A stretch of DNA of 64,000 bases from Eledone cirrhosa (GCA_964016885.1 OZ024740.1:437224001-437288000); one strand, 5' to 3'; positions 41,155 through 56,217 are shown, counted from the first letter of the stretch. The notes: generated by a model not told the origin, from the letters alone. Program-made: numbers and translations.

Positions 41155-42082
41155 ATCCAAAATTAAGATAATCAAAATTATGGGTGTCATGCCAGAAAGA
41201 CATGCGCCATATCACCCGCAAAATAAGCTCTAAGATTCTAACGAATAGGTCCGAGCATTTTATAATATCTAGAAATTGATTAACATATAAATAAACATGA
41301 ATAATCACAGCAGATAATTTTTACAAGTGTGTAAGCACACATAGCTAGGTAGGTAACTAAATAAAGTTAACCAGAACTTCAAAAATATATACCTTATTAT
41401 AAGGTATCTATTTTTGAAGTTCTAGTTAACTTTATTTAGTTACCTACCTAGCTATGTGTGCTTACACACTTGTAAAAATTATCTGCTGTGATTATTCATG
41501 TTTATTTATATGTTAATCAATTTCTAGTTATTATAAAATGCTCGGACCTATTCGTTAGAAAGTTAGAGCTTATTTTGCGGGTGATATGTCGCATGTCTTT
41601 CTGGCATGACATCCATAATTTTGATTATCTTAATTTTGGATATAGATATATAAATACGGCTCCTTAATTGTAGAGCTAACTCTGTTGAAAGGATTTGACT
41701 GCTGTTTCTAGTTGTCGATAACCCTATTCACGCCACTGTGACGAAGCTGGTATGATGTGTGTATTTCTAGTAGATACAGCACGTGTTGCTTGCCAGTCGC
41801 TGATTTTAACTTGAAGTGTAAACATAGATCGCTGGACTTCTTCCTTGTTGAAAATCCAAGTAACGGCCTCCATGGTTTACCATTCGATTAATGGAATATA
41901 TATATTCGATTCTTTAATGGAATATATACAGGGAAGATTAATCATATTATAAAGTATCTATTTTTGAAGTTCTGGTTAACATTATTTAGTTACCTACCTA
42001 GCTATGTGTGCTTACACACTTGTAAAAATTATCCCCTGTGATTATTCATGTTTATTTATATGTTAATCAATTTCTAGTTATT
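41155..42082. mobile_element. Family C palindrome+tandem element, copy 2 (centre 41398)
   Basis: Near-identical to 18581-19510. Confidence 0.85.
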
Positions 42083-42474
42083 ATATATATTTGTATATAT
42101 ATATATATACAAATATATATATATATATATACGTCGAAGCGGCTTGAGCTCAGCCGTCGGGGTCTTACTCGTTCCTATATACAAATATATATATATATAT
42201 ATATATACACACAAATATATATATATATACACATATACAAATATATATATATATACATATACAAATATATATATATATACAAATATATATATATATATAC
42301 AAATATATATATATATATACAAATATATATATATATATACAAATATATATATATATACAAATATATAAATATACATATAAATATGTATATATATATATAT
42401 ATATATATAGAAATATATATATATACAAATATATATATACAAATATATATATATATATACAAATATATATATAT

Positions 42475-42553
<79 letters not shown>

Positions 42554-42556
42554 AAT

Positions 42557-43099
<543 letters not shown>

Positions 43100-43357
43100 A
43101 AAATTAAGATAAATCAAATGAATTTAATCTAAATCAAGATTATGGGTGTCATGCCAGAAAGACATGCGCCATATCACTCGCAAAATAAGCTCTAAGTTTC
43201 TAACGAGTATATATATATTTGTATATATATATATTTTTATATATATATATATTTGTATATATATATATATATTTGTATATATATATATTTTTATATATAT
43301 ATATATATTTGTATATATATATATATATTTGTATATATATATAGTCGTGTATATATA

Positions 43358-43414
<57 letters not shown>

Positions 43415-43419
<5 letters not shown>

Positions 43420-46018
43420 GAGAAATAGGACGAAGGTAATCATTTACAAAAGGATTTAATTCACGTATTAACAATTGTTTCATCAGAATTTCAGTCCATT
43501 ATTGCTACACTATGTCATAATAGGCAATCAAGAAAGATACTGTGACATCCGAATTTTCAAAATACAAAGTTGAAATGACCTTAGGAAATGAAATAAGGGG
43601 TAGTAGTGTAAGATAGAGGAACAGAGAGAGAGAGGGGCAAAAGAGAGGGAGAGAGAGAAAAGGGACGGAGGTAGGGAGAGAAAGAGAAAGAGATAGGGTG
43701 GTGTGAGAGGATTTGTATAGAATATAGTTAAGTTACAAGAAGGGAGGGGGAGGAGGATTGTGTGCTAAAAGTTGTGATGAGTAGAGGGAGAGATAAGGAA
43801 GATAGAATTTTAAGTGGCAGTTGGTAGTGGACAGGCAAAAGTTTTACCAGAGAATAGATGAAGGAAGAAAGTATTAAATTTCATATATAGTCTATTTTTA
43901 GGAGTGTAGAATTGTTATTTAGGGTAGAAAAGTAGTGTTAAGATTTAGTTGAAGGTTTGAAGTGTGAGAATTTCGCTTTCAGTTTATGCTGGCAAAAGAT
44001 TGACCTTTCAATTTTGTTGTTGAGTAGTTGGTGGCCTGAGCTTAGGATATGGAAGAGCTCGTTATTACACAACGGCACGTTTTCATCCCACTCCGGTATG
44101 GAGGAGCATGTGAGAGTTTGGTCCATTTAAGGGTGTATTGTCGGTTACTCCCTTTTAAGTGCCAAATTTTGTCGGCGAGGGTCGTTACGTAACGGTGTTG
44201 GGGGTGCTTCATTGCGTAACGATGCGTGTACCAACGAGTTTTGAAGGTGTTTGCAGTGCTGCGTATGTAGTGCCAGGTTTGGTTGTCCGACTCAACCGAG
44301 CACCTGTACACTAGGTTTGAATGCAAACATTCGTTATTCAATGGACAAGTCTCTGGAAGGTGGCAATTACAATTTCTGTTATGGGCAGTGGTGGAGTTAT
44401 AGGTGGGCTGGGATGTGTGTGTGAGTGTGTTTTGTGCATACTGTTTGTTAGTGGGTGGTTGTGTATTAGGTGTATTATTGTGTTGAGTGATTGGGGTGTT
44501 GTTGTTACGGAGTTTTTTGGCGTTGAGCATCTTAATGTGTTCGTCTAGGTTTGGTGCAGTGGAATAAGATAGTCTAATTGTTTTGGTATTGAGTATACTA
44601 CTATATTTATGTGAATTTGGAAAGTGTTTTCTTATAATTTTGTAGAATGTGGAAGGTAAGTTAAAGCTAATAGAAGAGTTAAAAATAGGATAATACCAAA
44701 TGTAAGATCTACTCCGTGTTCTGTTTTGCTTTGATGTTGCTGTTGTATTTGTGGTGTGGTTAGTATTAGGGGGTCTAGGTGCGTGCGTGCGGGTGTTTGT
44801 AGGGTGTTTGGCGTGTCTATGGTTATGTGTTTTATGGTTGTGTCGGTCTATATATTCTTGTTCGTCGGTGTGGCCAGCCCGTTCTAATGCAGTGTTGTAA
44901 TATTCAGCGTGTTGATCAAATATTTGTTGGTTAGATGAGAGGCGGGATATTCTAAGTGATATACTATGTGGCACGGACCTTATAATAGATAGTGAGTGGT
45001 TAGAGCTAGTGTAGATGTAGGTGAGGTTCTCATTGTTTTTGTGAAAGGGTGTGATAATTTGGGTGTTGAGGTTGAAGGTGGCATCTAGGAAGTTAACTAC
45101 TTTGGTACTATATTCGTAGGTGATTTTAAGGCCAAGGCTATCTAGGGTTCTTCTAATGCTCTTACGGGTTCGCTCTATGTTTTGTTTATTCATGTTTTTA
45201 ACTAATAGGAGAGCGTCATCTCTATATATTCCGCCTTGAAGGTAACTAAATTTATTATGTAAGGTGTGGGCTATGTAAATACCAACAATATCCGTAACTT
45301 GTGCTGAGTCATTAGCACCCATAGTTATGTCAAAGTCACCTATTCTATCCTTACGTACCCAAAAGTTATTTTCAAATTTAATTATCGTCTTTCTAGCTGC
45401 TAGGATAATGTTTATTTCGTCGTCGGTTAAGTCAGAGTTGGCTTTCGCAAATGCTAGTGCCTTGTTTAGAGTATCGGGTGATATGGAGGAGTAATAGTCA
45501 TTAATGTCGAATTGTATAAAGTTAGAGGTATTTTTGTTATCTATACTATTAAACCATTTAATTGTGTCGCTAGTATTGTCCCAAAGTTTAATAACTAGTT
45601 TATTCCTTAATTGTATTATTATTCTATCTAAAATATGTTTGCTCATTTTACCTATGTCTGACTTAGAAGGGCATATTAATCTAATTGTGGGTTTATCTAG
45701 GAAATCTAATTTGTGGTCCTTAAGATTAAAGGTGGGAGTGCAAGTTGTCATGGGCTCAGTTCTATCTTCAAGTTCTAGACTTTTGACGATATGGTGTGCT
45801 TGTTTGTTGATGTTAAGTAGTGTTTGGTTATTGGTTTTCTTATATTTTTTATGTAATTCCTTCCGTATAAGGTCGTGGTAGGTATTAGTGTCCATTGTGT
45901 ACACGTTAGATGTTTTATCCGCTTTGACAATAATCCCGTTAGTAGTGCGCAGCTTGTTAAGAAAGGTATCCATGTCTTTATGAAGCTTATTGGTTTTGAA
46001 CTTCTTATATTTAGTATT
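43415..46018 (-). mobile_element. Hydra-type PLE, 5'-truncated; RT-linker-EN ORF ~44042-46018 with a frameshift near the end
   Basis: VKADKT, LKDHK, FIQFDINDYYSSI, ITMGANDSAQV, YRDD, VNFLD, CNCHLPETCPL. Confidence 0.88.
43465..43565 (-). ncRNA. HHR variant (core TTGAAAA, long stem II insert)
   Basis: Minus strand: gtatt-TTGAAAA-ttcgga...tctgat-GAAA-caattg-TT-aatac. Confidence 0.65.
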
Positions 46019-48240
46019 CATGACCATCTGATATTGTCGACCATGTGATATTGTCGGGGAGAAGTGTGTCCTAAATGATGATGGTGTACTTGCCATCACT
46101 GACGCTGATAAGAAGGTAGCTTGGAAGTGTCACTACGAAAGGCTACTAACTGAGGAGAATAATTGGGAGAAAGACAGTCTCCCCCACATTGACCCAATAG
46201 AGGGAACAGCAGTGCAAGTTGAAGGTAGTATAATAAGTAAGGCGATCAAAGACATGAAGACGGGCAAGGCGGCCGGGCCTTCGGAAATAGTTGCCGAAAT
46301 GTTGAAAGCATCTGGAACGGTGGGACACACTATGGTCACCCGGATAGTAAACCAAGTCATACAGAATGGGCTTGTTCCGAAGGACTGGCGCAGCAGCATC
46401 ATCATTAACTGCTACAAGGGTAAAGGTGATGCCCTAGATAGGGGAAACAATAGAGGCATTAAATTAATTGACCAGGTCATGAAGGTCACAGAAAAAGAAA
46501 TAGCGCAACTAATCAGAGAGCGAATTGATCTAGACGAAATGCAGTTCGGGTTTGTGTCAGGTAAAAGTACAACAGACTCTTTTCCTTGTACGACAACTAC
46601 AGGAGAAGTACCTAGCTAAAAGTAAACCCCTATACTTAGCTTTTGTTGACTTGGAGAATGCCTTTGACAGAGTACCCCGCTCGATTATCTGGAGGGCCCT
46701 TAGAAAACTATGTGTTGATGAATGGCTTGTGAGAGCTATACAAGCCATGTATAAAGAAACAGTCAGCAAGGTTAGAATTAACAACGAATATAGTGAAGAG
46801 TTTAGCGTAAAAGTTGGTGTTCATCAGGGCTCCGTCCTTAGCCCCCTACTATTTATTATTGCCCTTCAGGCTATAACAGAGGAGTTCAAGACCGGCTGCC
46901 CATGGGAACTCCTATATGCAGATGATCTAACGCTCATAGCTGAATCAATGGCTGAACTAGAGAAGAAATTCCAAACATGGAAGCATGGCCTAGAATCAAA
47001 AGGCCTTAAAGTTAACTTGTCTAAGACTAAAGTTCTAGTTTGTAGGAAGGAAAATAGGGTACCGGTCCCATCTGGGAAATGGCCATGCTCAGTGTGTAGG
47101 AAAGGAGTAGGTAGAAACTCCATTTTATGTCCCAAATGCAAAGTATGGGTACATAAAAGATGTAGTGGGATCACAGGTAAACTATCTAAGAATATAGATT
47201 TTATATGTGGCCGGTGCTCTGGTGCAATAAGTAGCAGCAAGTGCCCACAGAATACTAACTCATTCCATTGCACAGATGGTTCTATAGAAATAGTGGACAG
47301 CTTCCGTTACCTGGGTGATAAAATCAGCAGTGGGGGAGGGTGCTCTGAAAGTACAGTAGCTAGGGTCAGAACGGGATGGAAAAAGTTCAGAGAGCTTATA
47401 CCACTATTGGCCGCTAAAGGGTTCTCTCTAAAAATGAAAAGCAGGCTGTATGATGCCTGCATACGAACAGCAATGTTACATGGCAGTGACACCTGGGCAT
47501 TGTGTGCAGAGGATATACGCAGACTGGAGAGAAACGAAGCTTGCATGCTCCGCTGGATGTGTAATAGTAACATACGTGAACGGCAAAGCATAAACGTACT
47601 AAGGGAGAAATTAGAAATAAGAGGGATCAGATGTTGTTTATTCGAGAGAAGACTACGTTGGTATGGTCACGTGATGCGCATGAAAGACGACAGCTGTATA
47701 AAAAAGTGCAGGGCAATAAAAATAGACGGTAGCCACGGAGTAAGCAGACCCAGAAAAACCTGGGACGACTTGATAAATTCCGACCTCACACACTTACACC
47801 TCTCCAAGACAATGTCACTGGACCGAGAGCTTTGGCGCTACACAGTAATAGAGAAGACCCGCCTTACCTAAGTACAAAGTGAAACCTACTACAGTCAGTA
47901 GGCATCTCTAACAAAATACACCCCGTCCCACTACCCCCACCCCATACACACCACCCCTTTCAATGTAAAGTTATGTTGGTGTCACAACATCCAGTCCGAA
48001 ACAAATGAGGTCGTGTAGGTGTCACGACAAAAAAACACACAGTCCACGCTGTAATGTGGCCGTGTAGGTAACACGGTAAAAACCTCCCAGTTCCATACTG
48101 TAAATGTGGTTGGTGTTAGGAAGGGCATCCAGCCGTAGAAAACCCGCCAGACAGTCCTATGCGAGCAAGACAACCACTCTTGCCTCAAGTGGGAAAACCC
48201 CCGTCCAAACCCATGCAAGCGTGAAATATGGACGTTAAAA

Positions 48241-48279
<39 letters not shown>
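46019..48279 (+). mobile_element. RTE-clade LINE, 5'-truncated and frameshifted, with (GAT)n tail
   Basis: [64 protein letters not shown]; (GAT)n at 48241-48279. Confidence 0.9.
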
Positions 48280-51200
48280 ACAATTATCTGGCAAAAAACT
48301 GGAAAAAAACATTCGAGCTATCACCCAGCACCACCCTCCACTATCACCTCACTGCACAAACTCCCATTGCTGCCATTAACAAACAAACAAATTAACAACA
48401 CACCAGAACAATTAAAACAATCCACTCTCGCCTCAACATTTTTGCTTAACTTCCACCAATACTCAAAAATGGAAGATCAAATTCCTGGAGGACTGGGTTG
48501 ATGTCCATCCAAACCACATCCCTTTCTTCGTCCTCACTGAAACCCATCTCAGTAACCTCCACTTGGAAGCCGAGGTGAAAGTGAAAAATTTCAAAGTCAT
48601 CCGTGCTGATCGCGCTGGCAGAAGAAAGGGTGGGACTGCCATTTATGTCCATAATTCTTTCTCAACAGAGGCTTTGAACATATTTTCTAATGGATACTGC
48701 GAAGCAGTCACTGTATTCAGTCAAACCAACAACCTAATAGTAGTTGGGCTCTATAGGCCACCCCAAACGCCTCTACCATGCTTCAAGGAATGCCTCAACA
48801 GCATAAAGTGTTTCATCCAAGAGTGTCACCCTGACAACATCTTATTGATGGGGGACTTCAACCTCCCTGGAGTTGACTGGTCCACAAACAGCCTGCCGCC
48901 AGGTTCTTCTGCCCCAACCTCTGACAGGGAAGCAGTGGAATCGCTTCTTGACTCAATGGATGATTTCTTCCTGTCCCAACTGCTGCTCGAACCAACGAGG
49001 TGCCACAAAAACGTCCTAGACTTAATTTTCAGCAATCACACTGACACTATCCACAATATTGCAGTGGAGAAAACTCTACTCTCTGATCATGACATGCTTC
49101 TCTGTGATCTGAGATTCCACCGTCCAATATACAAACCCAATGTCATCTCTCCTGTCCATCCGTTTGACGCTATGGATTTCAACAATGCAAACTGGGAAGC
49201 GATCAGTCATGATCTTGCACATGTCGACTGGTCCTTCACGCACACTCACACACCCACTAACATCAAAAAGTCCTGGCAGACATTTGTGGACACTGTTACA
49301 AACATATGTGCAAAACACACCCCATTAAGAACTATAAACAAATCTAAGAGCAGAATCCCTAGAAATAGAAAAACGCTCATCAGGAAAATTAAGAGAACTA
49401 ACAAAAAAATCAACAAGCTGAAATACTGTCAGCAGCAACACATCAACTTGACTGCCATTTCATCACTAGAGATGAAAAATCATATCCTCCAAAACAATAT
49501 GATGTCTATCATCAACAATCAGAGAAGAGCTGAAGAGGCCTGGGCCATTGAGAAGATCAAACTGAATCCCAAAGTGTTCTTTTCATTTGCAAAAAAAAAC
49601 ACAAAATCACTGGCTCTACTGTTGGCCCTGTAATTGATGAAAATGGCACTCTTCAAGACAATGCTAAAACCATTGCAGAAACAATACTGCTCTGTTTTCA
49701 GCAATCCTGATATGGCCGATCTGGGCTGTATCGGCGATGTTACTCCCCATTACACCTTATCGGACATAACATTTGGCGCCCCTGATGTCTTAGCGGCAAT
49801 AAAGGAAATCAAGCATAATTCAGCAGTAGGTCCCGATAGGTTCCCTGCTTGTGTCATGAAGGCGTGTCAACACCAACTTGCATCTCCTCTTGCCAATCTG
49901 TGGCGGAACTCACTGGATGCTGGATATGTGCCAGAAAACCTTCTATCCCAGTCTGTTGTCCCAGTTTTCAAAAAAGGAAACAAATCCCTTGCCGTGAATT
50001 ACCGTCCAATCTCACTCACCTCTCATATCATTAAGGTATTTGAGAGAGTGGTGAGATCGCGAATGACTCACTTCCTTGAGAGTAACAATATGCTGAACTC
50101 CAACCAGCATGGATTCCGTAATGGAAGGGATTGCCTGGCGCAGCTACTGCATCACTTTGATGACATTTTGAGAGCCTTGGGAGAAGGTTCCAACACTGAT
50201 GTTATCTACCTTGATTTCAGCAGGGCCTTTGACAGGGTTGATCACAACATTCTACTGAGAAAGCTGTCCAATATTGGTGTCACTGGAAAGCTGCTGCAGT
50301 GGATCAACTGCTTCCTGTCAAACAGAACCCAACATGCTGTAGTCGAAGGAGTCAAATCCAGCCCAGCCAAAGTCAGTAGTGGGGTCCCACAATGCACTGT
50401 GTTGGGCCCACTTCTCTTCATCATCTATATTAATGACATCACTGACATCATCAAACACAGCAACATTAGAATTTTCGCTGATGATTCTAAGCTCCAAAAG
50501 GTCATCAATGGCGTGGATGACCGGATAAGCCTTCAGTCAGACCTACTGGCTGTTACCCAATGGGCGGAAAAGAACAACATGTTACTGAACGAAGACAAAT
50601 TCGAACTGATCCACTTTGGAAAAGAGGATGCTCTGAAACTCCCGTACTCCCTTCCCTCCGGGGAAACTCTCGTGGCATCTAACAACATCAGAGACTTGGG
50701 AGTAACCGTGGACAGCAACATAAGCTGGACCACGCATATAAGCAGCAAAGTTGACATGGCCCGCAGAATCTGTTCCTGGATCCTCAGAACCTTCTAGTCG
50801 AGAGATTCCCACACCATTATCCTTCTCTTCTCCACTTTTGCCTGAACACGCCTTAAATACTGTTGTCCACTGTGGTCTCCCCACACGAAACAAAGTATCA
50901 TGAAACTTGAAGCTCCCCAAAGGGCAATCACGAAAAAGATAGATGGCATGTCAGACCTTGACTACTGGGGTCGACTAGAAAAGCTGAAACTTTACTCACT
51001 ACAACGTCGCCGTGAGCGTTATATTATCTGCATGATGTGGAAAATGTTTCATCAGCACTGCCCAAATGATGTTGGCATTACCTTCAAAATACACCCAAGG
51101 CTTGGGCCTCGTGCCATCCGTCCTAAACAAAAATCTAAATCGCAACTCATAACAACAATAGGGCGCAATTATTTCACCTCAATTGGCACTGTTCTTTTCA

Positions 51201-51447
51201 ACATCACACCAGGACACGTCAAAACAGAAACTGACCACACAAAATTCAAGAAGCCTTTGGACAAATTCCTCCAAGTAATCCCGGACAAACCACCCACACC
51301 CGGATATGTCTCCGCAAACAGTAATTCTCTTCTCGAATGGGCCATGGTGCCCAATTCCTGAATTGAAAGACTTCGCCAAGTGGTGCTATTAAGTTAGACA
51401 TGGCCTGGGCCAATACTGGCCGAAACCTATCAAAGTTATTCAAAGTT
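48280..51447 (+). mobile_element. CR1-group LINE ORF2 (APE endonuclease + RT), degenerate
   Basis: LTETHL, RADR..KGGTAIY, YRPP, MGDFN, VLDLIF, SDHD; NYRPISLTS, YLDFSRAFDRVDH, FADD, LYSLQRRRERY. Confidence 0.9.
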
Positions 51448-51461
51448 ATATATATATATAC

Positions 51462-51532
<71 letters not shown>

Positions 51533-51534
<2 letters not shown>

Positions 51535-53005
51535 AATAGTAATAATAATAAATTTGAAGACTAAAATCCAAAGAGGGCTCGATAAGGATAAATATATATC
51601 AAATATATAAGAACCGTAGAGCAAATATTTATTAAAATAACATTAAAGTTTAAGCAAAGAATCGCTCACCCTTAACGGGATCTTCTGAAACTAACAAAGT
51701 CAATCTGTAAACGCAGAAGTGGATATTTCAAAAAACGTTGCAACCGGAGGAAGACAGGACGTCACTTTCAGCTTATATCTGGAGTCTAAAAGACAACCAC
51801 ACCCAATATAAGTTACACTGGGAGATACTAGCTAGGGCTAGATCGTATAACGGTAATAAAAGACGATGTGACCTCTGCGCCGCTGAGGCCCTGGAAATAC
51901 TCTACGCCACAAACCACATCTTAAACAAAAAATCTGAGGCAATTTCCGCTTGTAAACATAAATTGCACAAAACTTTCCTGTATTACAGCCTCATGGATAG
52001 TACGATCTATACGTGGATATTTTACGTCTTGATGTGGTAGCTAAGTATATGTTATGTTTATACCATTACTTATTTGCATAGGTAAGTATATATTACCTGT
52101 ATGTTTTGTGAAGGTACGTATACTTTCTCGTATGTATAATTGATTGTATATCTTATGGCGTATAATTTTTTATATATTCTGGTACATATGGTTTAGTTAT
52201 GCGTATACGGGAGTTTTGCGTCTGTGTGAGTATGCAGGTTCGTACGTATGTAGGGTGCGTGTATTGTGTATTGTTTTGGTTGACGTCGTCTCCGAACATT
52301 TGTGTATTTACATGTAGGTATGTGTGTGCGCTTGTTATATACGTATTTATTTATTTATATACATTTATTTAATTATTATATTTATTTGTATACACGCACA
52401 CACACACACATATTTATATTGCGTGGTTTTGTATACCTATGGCAAATGTTTTCGCGTATGCTTGTGTATGTACGTATTTGCATGCGTGTATGTATTTATT
52501 TATTTTCTATTACCTCTGTATTGTATTTTATTTACTTTATTCTTAACTCTGAAGCGGAGATTCATTCGGTTTCCTAGTTAGAATTTTAGTCTACGACTTC
52601 AGCTATACCATTTACGTAGTTTTGTCTTTGCGTGCAATTGTTCTCGACGCTCCACATATGACGTATTATCTTCGTTTTTTCCGTTCATTGCCAGAGAACG
52701 TCTCTATGAACCACCTAAGAGAACATTAGTCTACGACCTCTTTTATACCATAAACGTGGTTCTGTCTTTGCGTGTAATTGTTTTTCACCGCTCCTATTAA
52801 CGACGTATTATATTCGTTTTTTCCCTTTCTTTGCCAGGGAACGTTTCCACGAACCAAAGTATCGTCTTCCTGTCTTCCTCCGGTTGCAACGTTTTTTGAA
52901 ATATCCACTTCTGCGTTTACAGGTTGACTTTGTTAGTTTCAGAAGATCCCGTTAAGGGTGAAAGCAGCGATTCTTTGCTTAAACTTTAATCAGTTATTTT
53001 AATAA
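51533..53005 (+). mobile_element. Hydra-type PLE 3' fragment (family E) with an inverted terminal copy at 51625-51758
   Basis: TSLSAYIWSLK..CDLCAAE..LNKKSEAISACKH at 51759-51990; 51625-51758 is the inverse of 52868-53005; ~140-bp tandem duplication at 52587-52860. Confidence 0.8.
52936..52984 (+). ncRNA. HHR variant (core CAGAAGA, longer stem III)
   Basis: gttt-CAGAAGA-tccc gtta agggt-GAAA-gca gcgattctt tgc-TT-aaac. Confidence 0.6.
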
Positions 53006-53013
53006 ATATACAT

Positions 53014-53092
<79 letters not shown>

Positions 53093-53095
<3 letters not shown>

Positions 53096-53250
53096 CGTTT
53101 CTGAATTTGTTTAGCAAGATTCTTTATCTGAAATCGTGTGTTGAAACCGATATTGTTATACTTTGGGAGGGTCATGTTGCCAATAAGAAACACACGCACC
53201 AGTTACTTTCACTTCAATTTCTTATTGGCAACATGACCCTCCCAAAGTAT

Positions 53251-53256
<6 letters not shown>
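53093..53256. repeat. Family I pLTR fold-back fragment
   Basis: 53150-53190 is the inverse of 53218-53256; matches 29735-29863. Confidence 0.72.
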
Positions 53257-53333
<77 letters not shown>

Positions 53334-53337
<4 letters not shown>

Positions 53338-54265
53338 TACTTGGGGAGGGTCATATTTGTGTAATATTGCCAGAATTAATAACAGAACACACTCACTGTT
53401 TGGTTGGTTTTCGCTTTTCGCTTCTGTGTCTTTTATATCGGTAATCTAATATACTCGGTCCTCAATGTTGCCATTGACTGACCGACGGTCAAAAATAATA
53501 CAGATACAATATAGACACAAACACATACATATAGTTTATCATAAATCTTTCGTTGCACAGCTGCAAAAACGTCAGTGGTGCTATTGTTTCCTCCTGTTGA
53601 ATTGTATGGCTACGCCATTTTTATTCAGTCTGTCTATATATTTATTTATTTTTTTGCTTGTTTGTTTATTTTATTTTGTCTTCTTTGCGCATGTGTTTGC
53701 GTGTGTGTATAGTGTTTTGTTTGATGTGTGATGTGTGTTCGTGATTGGGTGACTAATGTGTGTTTATGTGTTTGTTGTTATTGTCCTTGTGTATGTATTT
53801 ATTTATTTATTTATTTATTTATTTATTTTATTTTATTTTATTTACTTATTTTTACTTCTCTTAGGTCAGTGTTGTTTGTTTGGGTGTTGTTGTTATTCCA
53901 TTCATTCTTTCTGTTTAGTCTTGGTCTTTTAAGTTCTATTTCACTGGCCTCTCTGATTTGCCTATCTGCTGGGTCATTTCTATGTTTAGATATTATTCTA
54001 ATTTCTATGTTGTCTATGTTACCGTCATGTTGTTGTCTGGCATGTTCGTATAGTACTGACCCGTTTTTTCGTCCTTTTAGTTCCCCCCAGTGTTGGTCTA
54101 TCCTTTCACCTATGCTACGAGCTGTCTCACCTATGTATGTTGTTGTCATGTTTCTGCAGGTACCCTCTGTACATCTTATGCTATAGACTACGTTTCTAGT
54201 TTTACAGTTTATCCGGGGGTTTACTTTATATATGATACATTTCCTATTGGTACAGTGGGTTTTCT
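53334..54265 (-). mobile_element. PLE family I2 3' fragment: GIY-YIG (53838-54265) plus pLTR
   Basis: [42 protein letters not shown]; HHR-like core at ~53536-53580. Confidence 0.82.
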
Positions 54266-54331
54266 TAATGTATATATATATACAAATGTATATATATATA
54301 TATATATATACAAATGTATATATATATACAA

Positions 54332-54362
<31 letters not shown>

Positions 54363-54391
54363 CAAATATATATATATATATATATATACAA

Positions 54392-54502
<111 letters not shown>

Positions 54503-54712
54503 AATATATATATATATTGTTATACTTTGGGAGGGTCATGTTGCCAAATTCAGAAACGAAATATATATATATATATATATACAAATATATATATATATAT
54601 ATACAAATATATATATATGTATACAAATATATATATATGTATACAAATATATACATATATATATATATTTGTATATATATATATATATTTGTATATATAT
54701 ATATATATATAT

Positions 54713-54758
54713 TTCCCTGCTGACCATTATCACAACAACGAACCTCTTTACTACTACT

Positions 54759-54789
<31 letters not shown>

Positions 54790-55173
54790 CATATTTGTCT
54801 TGAAAGACTTATTTTTCAGTGACTTCTCAATCAGCCGAGACAAACCTACATTTGGCGCAAAATCAATTGTTCACATTCACATGACCTCTACCGACCAATC
54901 AAAATTGTTTTGTCCACAAGCATTTTTTCATACATCTGGAGCCACTTTTTTTTACATAAAACAGGTAGAATTGCCAAAACTGATCAGATTAGAGCAAACA
55001 TCATGGGCGCTCTATCTCAAAATTATTTTTGAAAAGCATTAGAAATGCGCAACCGGTAAAACTTAAAACCAAAACTGAATACTAACCAATACTATTACTA
55101 ATTTTTACTTATTCCTAATTAAACTATTTTTCACTGGGAACAATTTGTCAGCATTTTCTTTTTCTTTTACCAA
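54713..55173 (+). mobile_element. Non-palindromic 3' end of the family A/Neptune PLE
   Basis: Inverse of ~34699-35258; contains TTGAAAA-gcatt aga aatgc-GCAA-ccgg-TA. Confidence 0.78.
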
Positions 55174-55195
55174 TATATATATGTATATATATATA

Positions 55196-56214
55196 TATAC
55201 TATATTATATTTAGAGATTAAACTCTTAGTCGTTTACAATTAATCAGCTCAAAGAAAGAGGCATTTCTGGGCAGTGAAATACAAGTTATATATTAATATA
55301 TATGATAAACACAAAACGTGTTTGTATTGTAACAAGACAAAGTTAGCTAGCAACGAAATAAACTAATTAAAGTGAATACAATTTGTCTGTCTCGATATAA
55401 GTCAATAAAGACAAGCTTATATTGGCAAAAGCCGTGATTCCTGGACAAATTTAAATTTCAAAATCCAAACCCGCTCCGTAGATGAATTTGAACTTCGAAA
55501 CCCAAATATGTTTCGCAACGATGGTACATGAATTGAAAAATAAAGAGAATCGAAATGGGATTGAAATAAAAAGTGAAATATCCAAATCTTCTGTGCTTAT
55601 CAACAGGAATCCAGTAAAATTAGTACATTCCACCTTCAAAAATTTTGCAGGTCTGATTACACGTTGTGTAGCCAGCCAAACTAGCCATCCCGCATTCCCG
55701 GTGCTAGAAATAACAGCCGTTTATACGGGATTAAAGATCAGCTCTACAGTTAAGGAGCAATATACTATATTATATTTAGAGATTAAACTCTTAGTCGTTT
55801 ACAATTAATCAGCTCAAAGAAAGAGGCATTTCTGAGCAGTGAAATACAAGTTATATATTAATATATATGATAAACACAAAACGTGTTTGTATTGTAACAG
55901 ACAAAGTTAGCTAGCAAGGTGGAATGTACTAATTTTACTGGATTCCTGTTGATAAGCACAGAAGATTTGGATATTTCACTTTTTATTTCAATTCCATTTC
56001 GATTCTCTTTATTTTTCAATTCATGTACCATCGTTGCGAAACATATTTGGGTTTCGAAGTTCAAATTCATCTACGGAGCGGGTTTGGATTTAGAAATTTA
56101 AATTTGTCCAGGAATCACGGCTTTTGCCAATATAAGCTCATTTCATTGCTAGCTAACTTTGTCTGTTACAATACAAACACGTTTTGTGTTTATCATATAT
56201 ATTAATATATAACT

Positions 56215-56217
<3 letters not shown>
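55196..56217. repeat. Family J: ~565-bp unit, partial tandem copy, then inverted segments
   Basis: 55196-55353 repeats at 55761-55917; 55917-56140 is the inverse of 55413-55635; 56146-56217 is the inverse of ~55280-55353. Confidence 0.78.

Noticed and set aside
46019-46099. N-terminus MMASTPSS.. of ORF 44042-46099
   Set aside because: It is the antisense of the adjacent RTE fragment, not part of the PLE protein.
55500-55600. CAGAAGA...GAAA on the minus strand of family J as an HHR
   Set aside because: No convincing stem I or stem II pairing.
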